This document shows, piece by piece, positions 19,033-30,052 of a stretch of 64,000 nt of DNA. Source of the DNA: Phycisphaerae bacterium (GTDB taxonomy: Bacteria > Planctomycetota > Phycisphaerae > SM23-33); NCBI GenBank assembly GCA_049510055.1, contig JBEKZI010000003.1, forward strand, positions 10,576-74,575, read 5' to 3'. How positions within the stretch are numbered: the stretch's first letter is position 1; each line of letters opens with the position of its first letter. The notes beneath the pieces were generated by a model. That model was not told the DNA's origin. It made no database searches and was given only the letters and a program-made list of their open reading frames with translations. Position numbers and translations under genes: made by a program.

Positions 19033-20758
19033 CTTTTTCGCGTTTTTCGCCTAAAGAATCGTTATCGCTTCTCAAGGCCGTGCACACGCCGGCGGGGCAG
19101 CGCTTGTCCACTACGTGGGCGAAGTATTCGTCCCGGAAATATTTCAGCGTGCTGAGGACGGGGTTCGGGGCGGTCGTGCCCAGCCCGCACAGAGAGCCGG
19201 CCTTGACGCCCCGGGCCAACGTCTCCAGGCGGGCGAGGTCCTCGACGGCGCCCCGGCCGTCGCAGATTCGCGTGAGGATGCCCAGCATGTGCTTGATGCC
19301 CTCGCGGCAGGGCGTGCACTTGCCGCAAGATTCCTCCCGCAGGAAGTTCATGAAGTAGCGGGCCACGTCCACGACACACGTGCGGTCGTCCATGACGATC
19401 ATCCCGCCGGAGCCCATCATCACCCCGGCCGCGGTCAGGGACTCATAATCGACGGGCAGGTCCAGCAGGGATTCGGGGATCATGCCGGCGGGGCCGCCGG
19501 TCTGGACGGCCTTGAATTTTCGTCCCGCCGGAACGCCGCCGCCAATGTCGTCGATGATCTGTCGCAGGGGGGTGCCCATGGGCACCTCGACCAGGCCGGT
19601 GTTGCGGATCTTGCCCACCAGCGAGAAGACCTTCGTGCCCTTGGACGTTTCCGTGCCGATGCCGGCGAACCAGTCAGCGCCGCGATTGATGATCTGCGGC
19701 ACGTTGGCCCAGGTCTCCACGTTGTTGATGACGGTGGGCTTGCCCCACAGGCCGCGCTCGGCGGGGTAGGGGGGCTTGGGCGAAGGCGTGCCCAGGCGGC
19801 CTTCGACGCTGGCGATCAGGGCCGTTTCCTCACCGCAGACGAACGCCCCGGCCCCGCGGCTGACGTGCACCTGGAAATTCCACCCGCTGCCCAGGATATT
19901 CTCGCCCACGAGGCCATGTGCCTTGGCCTGCTCGATGGCGGCCAAGACGTGCCGCACGGCCAGGGGATACTCGGCCCGGACGTAAATGACGGCCTCATCG
20001 GCGCCGATGGCGTAGCCGCCGATCAGCATTCCCTCCAACACGCTGTGGGGGTTGCCCTCCAGGACCGAGCGATTCATGTAGGCGCCGGGGTCGCCCTCGT
20101 CGGCGTTGCAGACGACGTATTTCTTGTCGCCCGGCTTGTCGCGGCAGATGCGCCACTTTCTTCCGGTGGGAAAACCGCCGCCACCCCGCCCACGCAGACC
20201 GCTCCGCTCGATCTCGTCGATGACGTGCCGGGGCGAACCGCCGGCCAGGACCTTGGTCCAGGCCGCATACCCGCCGGCGGCGATGTAGTCCTCGATCGAG
20301 CAGGGGTCCACCTCCGCATTCATTCCAAGCACCAGCCGCTGCTGCCGCTCATAGAAAGGCAGACGCCGGATGTCCCGGACCGCCTCACCCGTCCGCGGAT
20401 CGCGATAGCACCACTCCTCGATGACCTTCCCGCCCAGCAGCGACTCTTTTAGCAAGCGGGGCACGTCTTTGGGGGCCGGGTGAGGGTAAAAGATGTTGCT
20501 GGGGCGCAGGATGAGCAGGGGTTCCTGCTCGCAGAATCCAAGGCACCCCGTGACGCGCAGCAGGACCTTGCCGGTCAGCCGCAATTCTTTCAGGCCGGCC
20601 TGCAAGGCCTCGACCAGGGCCCCCGAACCGTTGACCATACCGCAGGTGCCGGAAGAGACGATCAGACAAGGCTTGCCGGCGCGGGCCTTGGACAGCTTGG
20701 CCCGATGGGCCTCCAGCTTGCCCGGCGAATCGAACAATTTGGCCTTGGTGGCGATCAT
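19013..20758 (-). CDS. NuoF/HoxF-like NAD(P)H-binding flavoprotein with N-terminal thioredoxin-like [2Fe-2S] domain
   Basis: FMN/NAD and SLBB regions; N3 cluster motif 'ESCGKCTPCREG'; N-terminal 'CGMVNG...CLGFCEQ' [2Fe-2S]. No C-terminal 2x[4Fe-4S] ferredoxin domain. Confidence 0.85.
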   Translation of the reverse strand: MIATKAKLFDSPGKLEAHRAKLSKARAGKPCLIVSSGTCGMVNGSGALVEALQAGLKELRLTGKVLLRVTGCLGFCEQEPLLILRPSNIFYPHPAPKDVPRLLKESLLGGKVIEEWCYRDPRTGEAVRDIRRLPFYERQQRLVLGMNAEVDPCSIEDYIAAGGYAAWTKVLAGGSPRHVIDEIERSGLRGRGGGGFPTGRKWRICRDKPGDKKYVVCNADEGDPGAYMNRSVLEGNPHSVLEGMLIGGYAIGADEAVIYVRAEYPLAVRHVLAAIEQAKAHGLVGENILGSGWNFQVHVSRGAGAFVCGEETALIASVEGRLGTPSPKPPYPAERGLWGKPTVINNVETWANVPQIINRGADWFAGIGTETSKGTKVFSLVGKIRNTGLVEVPMGTPLRQIIDDIGGGVPAGRKFKAVQTGGPAGMIPESLLDLPVDYESLTAAGVMMGSGGMIVMDDRTCVVDVARYFMNFLREESCGKCTPCREGIKHMLGILTRICDGRGAVEDLARLETLARGVKAGSLCGLGTTAPNPVLSTLKYFRDEYFAHVVDKRCPAGVCTALRSDNDSLGEKREKGANKNG

Positions 20759-21267
20759 GTTGAAGCCGGCCTGCGCGGGCCTTTTTTGTCTCTGTCTTTT
20801 TCTTTGCCTTTACCGACGGTGCGAAGCAGGGCGTCGGCCTTGTCGGGGGTCATCTTGCCGTGGTAGGCGCCGTCCAGCACGACGATCGGCCCTATCGCGC
20901 AAGCGCCGAGGCAGTTGACGCTGACCAGTGTGAATCGGCCGTCCGCCGTGGTGCCGCCCGAGGCGACCTGCAATCGCCGCTGGAGGTGTTCCAGCATCGT
21001 CGTCGCCCCGCAGACGTGGCAGGCCGTGCCGGTGCAGACGGTAATCTCATGCTTGCCTCGCGGCGTGAGGCGGAAAGAGCGGTAGAACGTCGCCAACCCG
21101 TACAGCCTGGCCAGCGGCACGCCGAGTTCGCGGCTGACGGCCTTGAGCACCTCGGCGGGGAGATAGTCGTACTGCCCTTGGACTTCCTGGAGCAGCATCA
21201 CCAGGCTGTCGTCGCCGGCGACGTACTGGCAGCACAGCTTCGGAACGGCTTTGAGATCAACGGCCAC
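20755..21267 (-). CDS. NuoE/HoxE-like thioredoxin-fold [2Fe-2S] protein
   Basis: 'CTGTACHVCGA...CLGACAIGP' motif. ATGA overlap with the downstream nuoF-like gene. Confidence 0.8.
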   Translation of the reverse strand: MAVDLKAVPKLCCQYVAGDDSLVMLLQEVQGQYDYLPAEVLKAVSRELGVPLARLYGLATFYRSFRLTPRGKHEITVCTGTACHVCGATTMLEHLQRRLQVASGGTTADGRFTLVSVNCLGACAIGPIVVLDGAYHGKMTPDKADALLRTVGKGKEKDRDKKGPRRPAST

Positions 21268-21802
21268 GATTTCGCTCCATGGCTAAGCGGGCGGCGTCCT
21301 CTCCCGCGGCGATCTTCGCCGCGGCCTCTTGTCGCCGCCGCTTTAGCCATTCATCCACTTCGCAAAACTCCAGCGCCCCGGTGGGGCAGCCGGCCACGCA
21401 AGCCGGTTCCTCACCCTCCTGAGTGAGCTGGAGACACAGGTCGCACTTCACCATCGCCTTGCCATCGCGGGAAAGGTCAATGACGCCGAAGGGGCAAACC
21501 TGCAGGCAGAACTTGCATCCGATGCACTTGGCAGACTCGATGAGCACCGGCCCGTTCTCGACGGGGCGATGGATCGCCTCGGTCGGGCAGACCGTCATGC
21601 ACGGGGCGTCCTGGCAATGGCGGCATTGCAGCGGGATGCCGCACGTCCCGGCCGCCTCCACGTGCACGCGCGGCTGCGGCGGCGCAGCGGACGCGACGGC
21701 CTCGGCCAGGCTCTTGGCCTCGCTGTGCGCCATGGCGCACTGGAGCACGCAGGTCTTGCACCCCAGGCAGCGCTGCTCGTTGATGACAATCATCTTGGCC
21801 AT
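21257..21802 (-). CDS. cooF: CooF-type 4Fe-4S ferredoxin (CODH electron-transfer subunit)
   Basis: ATG 21802 with AAGGAG 6 nt upstream gives 'MAKMIVINEQRCLGCKTCVLQC...'. Four CxxCxxCxxxCP-type motifs. Confidence 0.8.
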   Translation of the reverse strand: MAKMIVINEQRCLGCKTCVLQCAMAHSEAKSLAEAVASAAPPQPRVHVEAAGTCGIPLQCRHCQDAPCMTVCPTEAIHRPVENGPVLIESAKCIGCKFCLQVCPFGVIDLSRDGKAMVKCDLCLQLTQEGEEPACVAGCPTGALEFCEVDEWLKRRRQEAAAKIAAGEDAARLAMERNRGR

Positions 21803-21815
21803 GGGAGGCTCCTTG

Positions 21816-23768
21816 CTAGACGGCCACGGCGGCGGCACTGGCCGTCCGCGGGGCGTAGGGGACCGGGTACATGGGGCCGGGCAGGTGCAGGGCGGCGCGC
21901 TTGGCGTCGATGTGGTCGATGATCAAGCGGGCGGCCTTGATCGGGTCGGCCTCAAAAGCGAACTTGCCGCCGAACAGTTTCTCGATGCCGCCGCAGAGGA
22001 ACTCGGTCAGTTGCGGGGCGCCCTGGACCGGCAGCGGCTCGCCCAGCACGGTGAAGACGCCCGAGGCGACGGCGTAGAAGCCGATGGCCACAGCCTTCTC
22101 GCTCATCCATTCCGGCGCGGCCGCGGCCACGGGCAGGTCGGCGATGCTTTGGCCCAGGCCTCCCTCGGCCACGACCCGGGACAGGACCACCAGGATGCGG
22201 CTGATGTCCACGCAGGAACCCAGGTGCAGCACGGGCGGAATGCCGACGGCCCGGCAGATTTCCCGCACGCCGGCCCCACCGTACTGCTCCGCCGCCTCGG
22301 GGCACAGCAGGCCGGCCTTGGCGTCGGCCACGGCGGAGCAGCCCGTCACGGCGACCAGCACGTCGTTGGCGAGCAGTTCCTTGGCCATGGCCAGGTGCCC
22401 GTAGTCGTGGGGGAGAATGCGGGGGTTGTTGCACCCGACCACGCCGGCCACGCCGCGAAGCCGGCCGGACATGACGGCGTCGTTCAGCGGCCGGTAGCTG
22501 GCGCGGTAGCGGCCACCCAGCATCGTGGCGATGTTCTCCGCCGTGAAGCCGGCCACCAGCGGCTGGCTGTCCGGCGGCACGCACGGGGCGGCCTTGCGGT
22601 TGGGGAAGTTCTCCACGGCCATGCGGACGATCCGCTTGGCGGTCGCCAGGGCCTTGGATTCGTCGAACTCCACGTGCTCGGCGTAGGGGAACTTGGCCTT
22701 GGGCGACGTGGAGATGAACTTGGTGTGGAATTTTTGGGTCAGCTTGCCCAACGCCGGGAAGACGCACTGAACGTCCACCACCATCGCGTCGACCACGCCG
22801 GTGGCCACGGCCAGCTCCTGCTGGAGGAAGTTCCCGGCCAGCGGGATGCCATGCCGCATCAGAATTTCGTTGGCCGTGCAGCAGATACCGCCCAGGTTGA
22901 TGCCGGTGGCGCCCTTGCTCTTGGCCAGGGCCAGAAGCTCCTTGTCCTGTGCGGCGGCGACGATCATCTCCGAAAGCGTCGGCTCGTGGCCGTGGACGAC
23001 GATGTTCACCATGGCCGGGTCCAGGATGCCCAGATTGGCCCGGCTGCGGACCCACGTGGGCGTGCGGAACAGCACGTCGGACAGCTCCGTGGCGATCATC
23101 GAGCCGCCCCAGCCGTCCGCCAGGGCCGCCCGGACGCCTTGAAGAATAATGTTGGTGGGTTCGTTGTCGACGCCCATGTTGGTGCGGTGCATGATCTCCA
23201 CGACCTCGCGGTCCACGCCGCGGGGCACCACGCCCGCCTCTCGCCAGCGGCGGCGCTGGTCCTGGGGGGCCCGGGCGGCGAACACCACCTCGCCGTGCTG
23301 CTGGCCGAACTGGCCGAAGGCGATCGTGGCTACGGCCAGGGCGATCTCGCGGAGGTCCTTGCCGTCGGTGGCCACGCCCAGCTCGCCGGCCAGGGCGCGG
23401 AGCTTGACGGGGTCCTTGATCTGATAGTCGCAGTCGGCCCGCTCGGCCGCCATGAGCAGCGTGTGGGCGATGTCCCGCCCGTGGTCCGAGTGGGCCGATG
23501 CCCCGGCGGCGATCATTCGCACCAGGTTCCGGGCGGCGATGATATCCGCCGTCGCCCCGCAGATGCCCTCGGAAGGCCCGTCGCCGAAGGGGTCGATGCG
23601 GCAGGGGCCCATCTTGCAGTTGCGGCAGCAGATGCCCAGTTGCCCAAAGCCGCATTGCGGCTCCATGGCCTCCTGGCGGTCCCAGGCGACCTGGAGGTCC
23701 TGGGCGGCTGCTTTGGTCAGCATGGCTATGGTTGCAGGGTCAACGCTGCGTTGTTGAGGGGTTTTCAC
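21816..23768 (-). CDS. cooS: Anaerobic Ni,Fe carbon monoxide dehydrogenase catalytic subunit
   Basis: N-terminal 'CGFGQLGICCRNCKMGPCRI' B/D-cluster motif; 650 aa; hybrid-cluster/CODH family over the full length. Confidence 0.9.
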   Translation of the reverse strand: MKTPQQRSVDPATIAMLTKAAAQDLQVAWDRQEAMEPQCGFGQLGICCRNCKMGPCRIDPFGDGPSEGICGATADIIAARNLVRMIAAGASAHSDHGRDIAHTLLMAAERADCDYQIKDPVKLRALAGELGVATDGKDLREIALAVATIAFGQFGQQHGEVVFAARAPQDQRRRWREAGVVPRGVDREVVEIMHRTNMGVDNEPTNIILQGVRAALADGWGGSMIATELSDVLFRTPTWVRSRANLGILDPAMVNIVVHGHEPTLSEMIVAAAQDKELLALAKSKGATGINLGGICCTANEILMRHGIPLAGNFLQQELAVATGVVDAMVVDVQCVFPALGKLTQKFHTKFISTSPKAKFPYAEHVEFDESKALATAKRIVRMAVENFPNRKAAPCVPPDSQPLVAGFTAENIATMLGGRYRASYRPLNDAVMSGRLRGVAGVVGCNNPRILPHDYGHLAMAKELLANDVLVAVTGCSAVADAKAGLLCPEAAEQYGGAGVREICRAVGIPPVLHLGSCVDISRILVVLSRVVAEGGLGQSIADLPVAAAAPEWMSEKAVAIGFYAVASGVFTVLGEPLPVQGAPQLTEFLCGGIEKLFGGKFAFEADPIKAARLIIDHIDAKRAALHLPGPMYPVPYAPRTASAAAVAV

Positions 23769-24092
23769 AACGGCACCTCTTTTCTTGGATTGGGCGGTCA
23801 GCCTGGAGGCGTCAGAGGCCGAGTTTGGCAGACTTGCACAACCCTCCGTGATCAGAACGGTACACTGGCCATTTCCTCCGGCCTGTCTGGATGACTACGT
23901 CCCTGGAAGGTAGCAAAACACCGGTTGTCCAAGCAACCCATTTTTCAGGCAAAGCCGGGCAAGACGGCCGGGTCGCGGATTGCCTTGCAGCAAACGGGCA
24001 AGGCGGATAAGCTCCCGCCTTCCGACCGGAGGGAGGGACAGGGGGATTTCAGCGAAGATAAAAACGAAAACGAGCACGGGGCCGGAGCGACG

Positions 24093-24884
24093 ATGAAGCT
24101 GGCGATATCGGGCAAGGGTGGGGTGGGCAAGACGACGCTGTCGGCGATGCTGTCAGCCGCGTTGAGCCTGGAGGGCCGCGGCGTCGTCGCCATCGACGCC
24201 GACCCCGACGCCAACCTGGCCTGGGCCCTGGGGGTGCCCGCCGAGGAACGCATCACGCCGCTGGCCGAAATGCGGCAGCTCATCCAGGAACGCACCGGCG
24301 CCAAGGAAGGCTACGGGGCCTTCTTCAAGCTCAACCCGCACGTGGAGGACATCCCCGACGCCTATTGCCGGCGGATCGGCAATATTCGCCTGCTGGTGCT
24401 GGGGGGCATTACCCGCGGCGGGGACGGCTGCTTATGTCCAGCTACCGCCTTATTGAAGGCCCTGCTAGTGCACCTGGTGCTCGGCCGGGACGATGGCCTA
24501 GTCATGGACATGGAGGCCGGCCTGGAGCATCTGGGCCGGGCCACCGCCCAATCTATGGACGCCCTGGTCGTCGTGGTGGACGGCGGCGCCTGGAGCATCC
24601 AGACCGCCCGGCGGGTGCGAAAGTTGGCCGCCGACTTGGGTCTGCGCCGCGTCGTGGCCGTGGCCAATCGCGTGGACCGGCCGGCGGAGCTGGCAAAGAT
24701 TGCCGGGCGCCTGGAAGATATCCCCCTGGTCGGCCATTTGCCGATGGATGATCGGCTGGCCGCGGGCGTCATGCGAATCGCACCCGGCGGCCGGGCCGAA
24801 GCCGCCGAGGTGCTGACGGACCATCTGGAAGCCGCCCGAAAAATTCTTTCGGAGATTCAACGTTTAGACGCACATCACCGCTAA
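24093..24884 (+). CDS. cooC: Second CooC/AcsF-type nickel-insertion ATPase
   Basis: ATG 24093 gives '[15 protein letters not shown]'. The 56-codon upstream extension of the ORF is rejected. Divergent from the cooS operon; TAA stop lies 11 nt before the fhs ATG. Confidence 0.8.
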   Translation: MKLAISGKGGVGKTTLSAMLSAALSLEGRGVVAIDADPDANLAWALGVPAEERITPLAEMRQLIQERTGAKEGYGAFFKLNPHVEDIPDAYCRRIGNIRLLVLGGITRGGDGCLCPATALLKALLVHLVLGRDDGLVMDMEAGLEHLGRATAQSMDALVVVVDGGAWSIQTARRVRKLAADLGLRRVVAVANRVDRPAELAKIAGRLEDIPLVGHLPMDDRLAAGVMRIAPGGRAEAAEVLTDHLEAARKILSEIQRLDAHHR

Positions 24885-24895
24885 GGAGAGTGATC

Positions 24896-26641
<1,746 letters not shown>

Positions 26642-26656
26642 GCTGCCTGTGAAAAA

Positions 26657-26694
26657 AAGGTGGCGGGGCTCCTGTCCCGCCACCTTCATATTTA
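26657..26694. terminator. Bidirectional intrinsic terminator between convergent fhs and the gspK-like gene
   Basis: GGTGGCGGGG-ctcctgt-CCCGCCACC perfect stem, flanked by an A-run (gaaaaaaa) and a T-rich tract (ttcatattt). Confidence 0.6.
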
Positions 26695-26712
26695 AAGCGT
26701 TATTCTGCCGGC

Positions 26713-29196
26713 CTACTTCAGCTCGGTGAACAGCAGCACCCGCGGCTTGGTGGCGGCCGTGGTGCAATTGCTGCGGTCGATCACGGCCACGTATCGCCGG
26801 TAGGGGTCCGTGGACAGGGGGGCCGCGGAGCTGCGGCCCGCCGGCACCACCTGCACGCGGATGAAGGCGATGTACACGTCGCTCCGCACGGTCACCTGAT
26901 TGGCCAACCAGCTATAAAGCGTGTAATACTTGATCGGGTCGCCGGAGGGATAGGTCGACAGGCCGTCATCGCTGCCGCTAACGCTGGGATCCACGGCATA
27001 GTTGTTAGGCGGCTTATTGCTGTTGTAGTAGTTATTGGCTGACATATTGGCCTCGTGCAACGGAATGGCCACTTCGCCGGCACAGACAAAGCCGCGCTGA
27101 ATCCGCAGATTGGTGATGCCGGTGGTGCTGGCCGCCCGAGTGCTGTAATCATGGCCGTTTGCCGCCATGGTCATGTCGCGATAGGCGATGATCTCATCGA
27201 CCATCGTGTTCGCGTCAGTTATTGACAAGGACGCGATGCCGGGCAGGCATTTGAGGACCGCACGCGGGGCCGTGTTGATGTTGATCTGGCCTTGGATGTT
27301 GTAGTTGGGGTCCGGCGGCAGGAGATTGAAGTACTCGCTGACGGCGCAGCCCAGCGGCACGGCCGGAAAGGCCCCGGCAGGCGTCGACAGCGATACGGTT
27401 CCTGCCGGTCCAACGGTGAGGATGCGCATCATGTCGCCCAGGCTGATCATGGGGCCGTTGCGGACATAAACCGGCGTGGGAGTCCCGCTTGTGGGCAGGA
27501 ATGGATTGGGTAGGCCCATCTTGGGTCCACTGGGGAGCGTGTAGTCATAACCGCTAGGGTCGCTATAATTAGGGTCGGTGACGATGGTGTTGGAGTCGAG
27601 TATACGATAGCTTTCTACGCTGTAGCCGGCGGTACTGAGAACGTCGTTACGGAAGGCGGCCATCCAGCGGGACGAATTGGCGCTGGGGGGCGGCATGGTG
27701 AGTGCCGGTGTCTGGTCGACACAGACCGTCCCTCCACCGTTTGGGTCTGTCCATATGATTTGTTGGACTCCGTCAAGGGCCAGCGAGGCCACCAGACGTG
27801 AGGCGGGGTCTGGCATATTGGGGTCGCCGGTGGGTGTCGTCTGTACGGAAGAATCGGAGATGAGAAAGCGTCCTCCATTGCCGGGGATGGACTTGCCCGT
27901 GAAGGATGTGCCACCCTGGATGCTGTAGTTATCCAGGAGGATGGTATTGACGTAAGGATTGATGAGTTCCACAGCGGATATTGATGACGTGTTTGCATCG
28001 GCGTCGGATGTTTTCTTCCAGAACACCTTGGACACGAACGGATGCCGCGCCACGCCGTAAACGTAGGTGTTAGCCGGAACGTTAGAATCCAAGATATTCA
28101 CGTCCAGCCGGATCACCGCGTTGGGATCCACGTTGAGGTAGTTCTTCAGGTTCACCACGAGCTGGGCGGCCTTGATCTGGTTGCTGTTGGAGTCGGGGGG
28201 CAGCGGGGCGGTGGGATAGTAAGCTTGAAGCATAGCCCGAAAGGCGCTATACATGTTGGCATCACTCGCAAGAGGGTTGGGATCCTGCTTGAACTGTGTG
28301 GCGCCCGAACGGTAGGTCCACAGGGGGCTGAGGGTCTTGGAGGATGAGACGGTCGTGAAGTTGAAAGACCCTTTCGTGGCTATAAGATTACCCACTGTAG
28401 CCAATCGTCCGACGACCGTGTTGGGGTCCACGTTGGGGTCCGACAGGTGGCCTAGGGCCAGCATATCGCCCATGTCGTAGAGGCCGCTGCTTCGACTGCT
28501 CGCCACAGTGCCGGCATTGGCCAGGAGGGCGGCCATGTTGCAGTCGGAGGCGTCCATGACGTGGACGGCGTTGGCGTCCCGGGTGGTGTTGGCTATGTTG
28601 ACGTTCAGTAGGCCGGCGGCGTCGATCATCCGCACGGCCGCGAAGAACTTGTTACCCTGGCGGTCGGTGAGACCCGTGTCGAACAGGTAGGCGTCGCTGA
28701 CGCTATCGCCATCCGTATCCACCACAAGGTTCGGGTCGACATTGGGGTCTACGGTATTGAAATTATAGGTGTCGAACGTCGCACTCACGCCGGACATGTG
28801 CGAGACATGAGGCCACTTGCGGGGCGTGCTGTTGTCACGCTCGATGCTGGCCAGGGCGCTGTCGAACCATTGATTCGGATCAACGGAGGTGACTCCATTG
28901 CTCGCCTCGGCAGGGTAATCGATCATCTGCCGCTCGGCGATGCTGGGGTCGGCGTTGCAATTGCCGTAGATCACGTTGGAGGCGTTGATGTACAAATCCG
29001 CCACGCGATTGGCCAGGAGGCGGTCCAGGACGCTTTCGGCCACGTGGCGCTGGGGGGCGGTGTCGGCCATGGCCTGGCTGGTCTGGCGGTCCAGGCGGCT
29101 GACCAGCAGCAGCATCGAGCCCAGCATGGCGATGATCGTCAGCAGGCCGATCACCAGCAGCAGCACCGAACCGCGATGTCTCTTGTTTTGTTTCAT
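26713..29196 (-). CDS. Giant GspK-like minor pseudopilin (827 aa) with N-terminal transmembrane anchor
   Basis: 'RHRGSVLLLVIGLLTIIAMLGSMLLLVS' is a GspK-type non-canonical prepilin N-terminus. Last gene of the pseudopilin operon. 11 DPN tripeptides. Confidence 0.55.
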   Translation of the reverse strand: MKQNKRHRGSVLLLVIGLLTIIAMLGSMLLLVSRLDRQTSQAMADTAPQRHVAESVLDRLLANRVADLYINASNVIYGNCNADPSIAERQMIDYPAEASNGVTSVDPNQWFDSALASIERDNSTPRKWPHVSHMSGVSATFDTYNFNTVDPNVDPNLVVDTDGDSVSDAYLFDTGLTDRQGNKFFAAVRMIDAAGLLNVNIANTTRDANAVHVMDASDCNMAALLANAGTVASSRSSGLYDMGDMLALGHLSDPNVDPNTVVGRLATVGNLIATKGSFNFTTVSSSKTLSPLWTYRSGATQFKQDPNPLASDANMYSAFRAMLQAYYPTAPLPPDSNSNQIKAAQLVVNLKNYLNVDPNAVIRLDVNILDSNVPANTYVYGVARHPFVSKVFWKKTSDADANTSSISAVELINPYVNTILLDNYSIQGGTSFTGKSIPGNGGRFLISDSSVQTTPTGDPNMPDPASRLVASLALDGVQQIIWTDPNGGGTVCVDQTPALTMPPPSANSSRWMAAFRNDVLSTAGYSVESYRILDSNTIVTDPNYSDPSGYDYTLPSGPKMGLPNPFLPTSGTPTPVYVRNGPMISLGDMMRILTVGPAGTVSLSTPAGAFPAVPLGCAVSEYFNLLPPDPNYNIQGQININTAPRAVLKCLPGIASLSITDANTMVDEIIAYRDMTMAANGHDYSTRAASTTGITNLRIQRGFVCAGEVAIPLHEANMSANNYYNSNKPPNNYAVDPSVSGSDDGLSTYPSGDPIKYYTLYSWLANQVTVRSDVYIAFIRVQVVPAGRSSAAPLSTDPYRRYVAVIDRSNCTTAATKPRVLLFTELK

Positions 29197-29212
29197 GTTC
29201 GCACCTATCTCA

Positions 29213-30043
29213 CTACCGCGGAACAGGACAGATTACCTCGTAGTCCATGTAGTCCTTGTTGGGGTCGTTCCCCGTCTTGAGGCGGAAGTTGACCTTAATG
29301 GCCGGAGGAAGGGGGTATGGACTGGCCGAGTTGGGGTCTTCAAAAGCCGTAGTCGTCCAAAGTTGAAGATTGGTCGCAGTGGTCGTGACCCAGGTGTTGC
29401 CGGTCGGGTTCCACCAAGACACCCTGAACTGAGCGCACGAGCCAGCTAGCAGCGACCAAAAGCCGTTAGTGTCCAGTGCGACGGTCTTGGGGATGTTGGG
29501 GTCGGCGCAATACGTTGGCATTTGGTTGACGGTGTCAATGCGAGAGGGGCAATTGGGGTCGTATTGCCCCAGCCAGGTGTTCTCTACGTCGAGCGTAGTG
29601 GTCGCGGCGCCGGGCAGGAGCAAGGTAGCCTTGCGCCATAGATTGCCGTTGGCATCCAGGCCATAGGCGATCCGAGCGGCGTTGGCGACGGAGTCTTTGG
29701 TCGTGGAAGTCGTGCCGGTGAAGGTGCCCACGGCCGTGAAGACCAGGCGATTGTTGGGGTCGGTGGCGGGGTTATTGGGGTCGTACACGGCCAGGAAGCC
29801 CTGGGGCGACAGGCGTGCCATGTCGTCGCGGAGGACCTGGGCGATGGCCGAGGCGGAGGCGTTGGCCTGTATGAAGGCGTTGGACATGTCCGACACCGTT
29901 CGGGTCTGCGCCAGGATCGTGCTGAAGGCCACCATGATGAGGGCCAGTATGCCCATGGACACCAGCAGTTCGACCATCGTCATGCCATGGCTTGGTCGCC
30001 GGGCGGGTGAGTGAGCGTCAAATTGTGCCGAACGCCTTCTCAT
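29213..30043 (-). CDS. GspJ-like pseudopilin (prepilin-type N-terminal domain)
   Basis: '...SHG|MTMVELLVSMGILALIMVAF'. Confidence 0.55.
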   Translation of the reverse strand: MRRRSAQFDAHSPARRPSHGMTMVELLVSMGILALIMVAFSTILAQTRTVSDMSNAFIQANASASAIAQVLRDDMARLSPQGFLAVYDPNNPATDPNNRLVFTAVGTFTGTTSTTKDSVANAARIAYGLDANGNLWRKATLLLPGAATTTLDVENTWLGQYDPNCPSRIDTVNQMPTYCADPNIPKTVALDTNGFWSLLAGSCAQFRVSWWNPTGNTWVTTTATNLQLWTTTAFEDPNSASPYPLPPAIKVNFRLKTGNDPNKDYMDYEVICPVPR

Positions 30044-30052
30044 GTTTTAGGC

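Noticed and set aside
23925-24092. 56-codon N-terminal extension of the second cooC ORF
   Set aside because: Not conserved in CooC proteins. The canonical '[15 protein letters not shown]' start at 24093 matches the paralog at 12636.
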